The notes under the pieces were generated by a model. It saw only the letters and a program-made list of their open reading frames with translations, had not been told where the DNA came from and ran no database searches. Both the position numbers and the translations under genes were made by a program. Of a stretch of DNA of 64,000 nucleotides, positions 60,301-64,000 are shown piece by piece. The first letter of the stretch is position 1. Every line of letters begins with the position of its first letter. Origin of the DNA: Tubulanus polymorphus (taxonomy: Eukaryota > Animalia > Nemertea); NCBI RefSeq assembly GCF_964204645.1, contig NC_134036.1, positions 9,651,859-9,715,858 of the forward strand. Direction: 5' to 3'.

Positions 60301-63300
60301 GTTATTACCACTGAATTCTCGACAAGTTGTTGTGCCACAAAGTTCTGCTAGTAGTTGGTGTGTGACTACTTTTTCCACCAATGGTGTTGACGGGCTTGTT
60401 CATTTGGGTTGTCCTCAGCTTTCTCCTTTCTGAGGGTAATATAAGTTATAACAAGTTTTCTTATAGAACCACACTACTTATTTTCTTCGTCTGCTTTATC
60501 GCCCAACCCTCTTTTTGTACTCTCTAACTTCAAAAACCTTAGACTTATATACTAATTTGTACGTTCCTCACATTCCTAAACCATTTCCTCACCCGCTTCT
60601 ACCCTTAACCTATTTGGTATTTTTAATACCCGCTACTTCCATTATACTCCGTCCTGATCCACGTTAACAATCCCATAAAAACTCCTTTTATTTTAGATAT
60701 AGCTACTAAATGATCTTCCGTCTTTCTCACAAACTTCCAATTAATCAGAGCCATTTACCTTCAGTAGTGATTTAATAACATTCGTCACCTAAATTGGTTG
60801 TATGACATTCAAACAAACTGGGTCTGTAAATCACTTCTTTTGGGTCTGCTGAATATCAAATAAGTCTGGATCGGCATACATTTTCCTTAACCATTTAACA
60901 AGTGGCGTCAAATTAGGTGTATGAAAAATGAGGCATGAGGCACTAGTAGGTAGTTATGAGATCTTGAAGACCACGATACCCCATTGTCTGAATGGGGTAT
61001 CGATTGTTCCCGGATTCTAAACCGGTGAAATATGAAACATCAAAACAGTGTTGTCATATCGCGGAAAGACGGAATCGCTGAAGTTTCCAAAAACGCGGAA
61101 TTTCTTCGTTTTTACTTTAAATAGTAAACGGGTTTTCCCACGGGGATACCCACTGTCGGACAGGGCACCGGACCGATCGATGCAACGACTTAGGTTCGAA
61201 TCCCATTATTTGCAGGCAATTTTATATGGAATTATTATATTACGATACCGTTGACTGGCTGCCACCTGTAGGAGAAGTCAGAATCAAGTGAGGTGAAAGA
61301 GACCAGGCACCTAATGTCTATTTCTATTAGGCAAACTTCGGTTATCGAAGTTCATCGACTTTTTGAGAACTTCAGACACGAATATTATCAGATAAATATT
61401 GAGCACGTTCGCCGTGTCGGACCGTAGTTGTAGATGGTTGCAAACATGAAATCCTACGACCAAACAAGTACCGGTTCAAATTCTTTTGAAATTATTATAA
61501 TTTTACGGCCGTCCAGTACCGGTACCAATAAGATTCTTTTGGTCCAAATAATCAGCATAGGAACATATATGTTATAGCAGTCACAAAGTAAACATGAAAA
61601 AAACGAAACCATTTTATAATCTTTCATATCGTTTAATTCTAAAAGATAAACCACATTATTTCGCTTATAACAACAATGTAGACATACAATACGCATGAAC
61701 AATCCTAAGCCAGAATGAAATATACATAATGTCTATTTATTTTCGTCTGACATCGATCCAGTTCCACAGTTGTGAGTTAACTCTGAGTTACTTAGAATCA
61801 ATTCATTTCCAATGTTTTAAATCCAGAGACCAGAGTCAAATCTTAACTCGGAAGTGAGTCCTGGAGAATCGCCCATGGTGTCATCACAAATCCTACGTTT
61901 ACGTACCATCGATTTGTATTCCTTCAGTTAATGCAGCGATACTCTGTATCACTGAATTCGCAAAGCACGTATTGCCTAGGTTAAATAGGTAAGCGATTTT
62001 TCCTACCGGCCACAGTTAGGTTTTGCACTGCGCATGTTCTGAATATACCGAAAGTAAACAAACCGTGACGTGCGCGGAAGTAAAGCACATGGCTAGTCAA
62101 AAGTCAATTACAGTGTCAATAGGTATACGTTATTCTGCGATGATAAAATCGAAATTTTAAAGTTAAAATCTAAAAAGATTTCCGATCCGTTTCCTTCTAT
62201 GACAGGTTGTAAATAATGAGACAAAAATTTTGATTTCCAATCAAAATTTAGAATTATCTTTCGGTTTAAAGTATGAGGTAGATAACCACATGGTACCATC
62301 GATAGCAATATTTGCATTCCTCCTAGAAAAGAAATAACAGAACTGTATATTGATATTGATTAATGTTCATTTATATATGGGTGCTTCTGTCTTAACAATC
62401 AAAGCACAAAACATGACTTTGACCCTCCCTGCAATTACTAGCCATAATTCCCTTGGTACATTGTATATTCTTTTGGTCTTTTTAATTTATCTCACCTAAA
62501 TCTATTCAATTTATACTTACCCAATCAGAAGACTTGCCATTTTCATTTCCACAGACATTGCATATGTTACTTATATCATCTAGGATAAAAGGAGAAAGAT
62601 AGCCAATCAGTTTGTGTAAGCCTATACAGCATTAGTTTTTTTCTTAGCAATTTGTGAGTTTTAACAATGAAGATTATTCTTATTAAGGTCAGCTTAGCCA
62701 GCTAATCTTCAAGTTGCCCATTGTTCATATGAGATTGAATCTCTATCATTTAGCGTTGTTTTGTCTACGTAGCTTCCGGCAGCGTTGTTCAACTAATTGC
62801 AAAATTTGCTATCCAATTTCTATGGACATATAAATGGATGGGGGTATGAAATAAGTAATTTCCACTGGTGGTAAAAGCATGGGACGATTTACGCTGTGAC
62901 TCCACTGGAATTCTACGTTTAAGTCATGTAAATATGTAAGTGATATTTTGGACTATGGCGCAGTGCTTTTTTGTTTCGCAAATCGTCAAAGTTACGTCAC
63001 ACTAGAGCCACGGCTATGTCGATGAACTGCCTTGATGCCCCAGCATAAGCAATGGATGTTTTCGATGAGAAATAGCCTCAACATATTCTGTTTGACTACA
63101 TCCTTCCACGCCTATCATTAACTGTCCAGACACTCGATCTATGTATGAGGCCGATAAATTTCTGAACTATACCATCCAACCTTGCTCAAACATCTTCCAA
63201 GGAAACTAAACGCAACTTGCATTTTTGGAGGTTGAACCAAATTTTGCCGCGCAACACCCGTCCTGAAAGTTTTCCTTAGTAGCGGTTGACAAATATTAGA

Positions 63301-64000
63301 TAAAAATTATAACAGTGACTGTACCGACCTGCTAACCATTATGGTTTTTTCCGGTGAATGGTTACGTATATTAAAGTAAAATTGCGGTGTTACGTTTTTC
63401 CAGAAATGCTACCTATTTGATTTAAATTCTAAATCCGAGAAATCTTTTTCCATAAGGTAATAAATATCATTTTTACACAAATAGAGATCGTCGTATTGTT
63501 CATTTACTTGCTTTTGCCGTAAATCACGCCATAATAAATTGTTAACGATCTTTGGTGGAACACTGACTACTTTGTGACCCGCTTTTGTAAAGTACCACTA
63601 GCTACAGCTATCTATGTATAACCTATAATGGCGTCTGGTATGGATAATTCTGTCATGTCTGGTGCCGAGTTCTCTTCAGATCCATCATCTCAATCTGAGC
63701 TTAGTGACGCACATGATTCTGAACTTGGGACGGAAGGTCCCATCCGAAAAAAAAAACATTTGATTTTGATAGATGAATAAGATTTTGGTGTATAGTATAG
63801 TAGGAAACTACTTATTTTTCATGAAAATTTCCAGTTGAAAGGTTGGTTCCTTAGAAATTTCTGAAAATACTTAAAACATAAGTAGCGCAGTTTTCGTAAC
63901 TCTGCTGTGCCCGGGCGTTCGCTAGACGGGTCTGCCTAGGCCAACCGCACTCGGGTAGTTAAATCGGCGAAGAGACACCTGTCTTCCCAGGAAAATTAAT

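Noticed and set aside
61160-61210. tRNA gene at GGTTCGAATCCC
   Set aside because: Only a B-box; no cloverleaf. At most a decayed SINE head.

Overview
AT-rich, repeat-saturated eukaryotic DNA; the element families suggest a marine invertebrate animal. I can support no intact host gene. Contents from left to right: (1) Helentron/Helitron remnants (endonuclease tail plus a spliced OB-fold gene) interrupted by a 2.4-kb MULE-type TIR element with a 9-bp TSD. (2) A MULE transposase pseudogene and an L2/CR1 LINE tail. (3) A ~3.3-kb very AT-rich Polinton-like end fragment with tandem repeats. (4) A 5'-truncated Penelope retroelement with a hammerhead-ribozyme motif, split by a solo LTR. (5) An ~865-bp direct repeat pair next to a tyrosine-recombinase pseudogene. 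(6) Two convergent RAG1/Transib-like DDE transposase genes, each with a PHD-type finger inserted in the catalytic core. (7) A ~14-kb left-truncated Maverick/Polinton with pPolB C-terminus, minor and major capsid, packaging ATPase, chromodomain integrase, an NCLDV-type HNH gene and several membrane proteins. Nearly all its ORFs start in a poxvirus-late-promoter-like T-run..TAAATG motif, and its right end is a 181-nt imperfect hairpin. (8) A fold-back MITE, a CCC-ended TIR element and two degraded fragments of a negative-strand RNA virus L polymerase. Family assignments come from motifs read by eye; no database searches were run.
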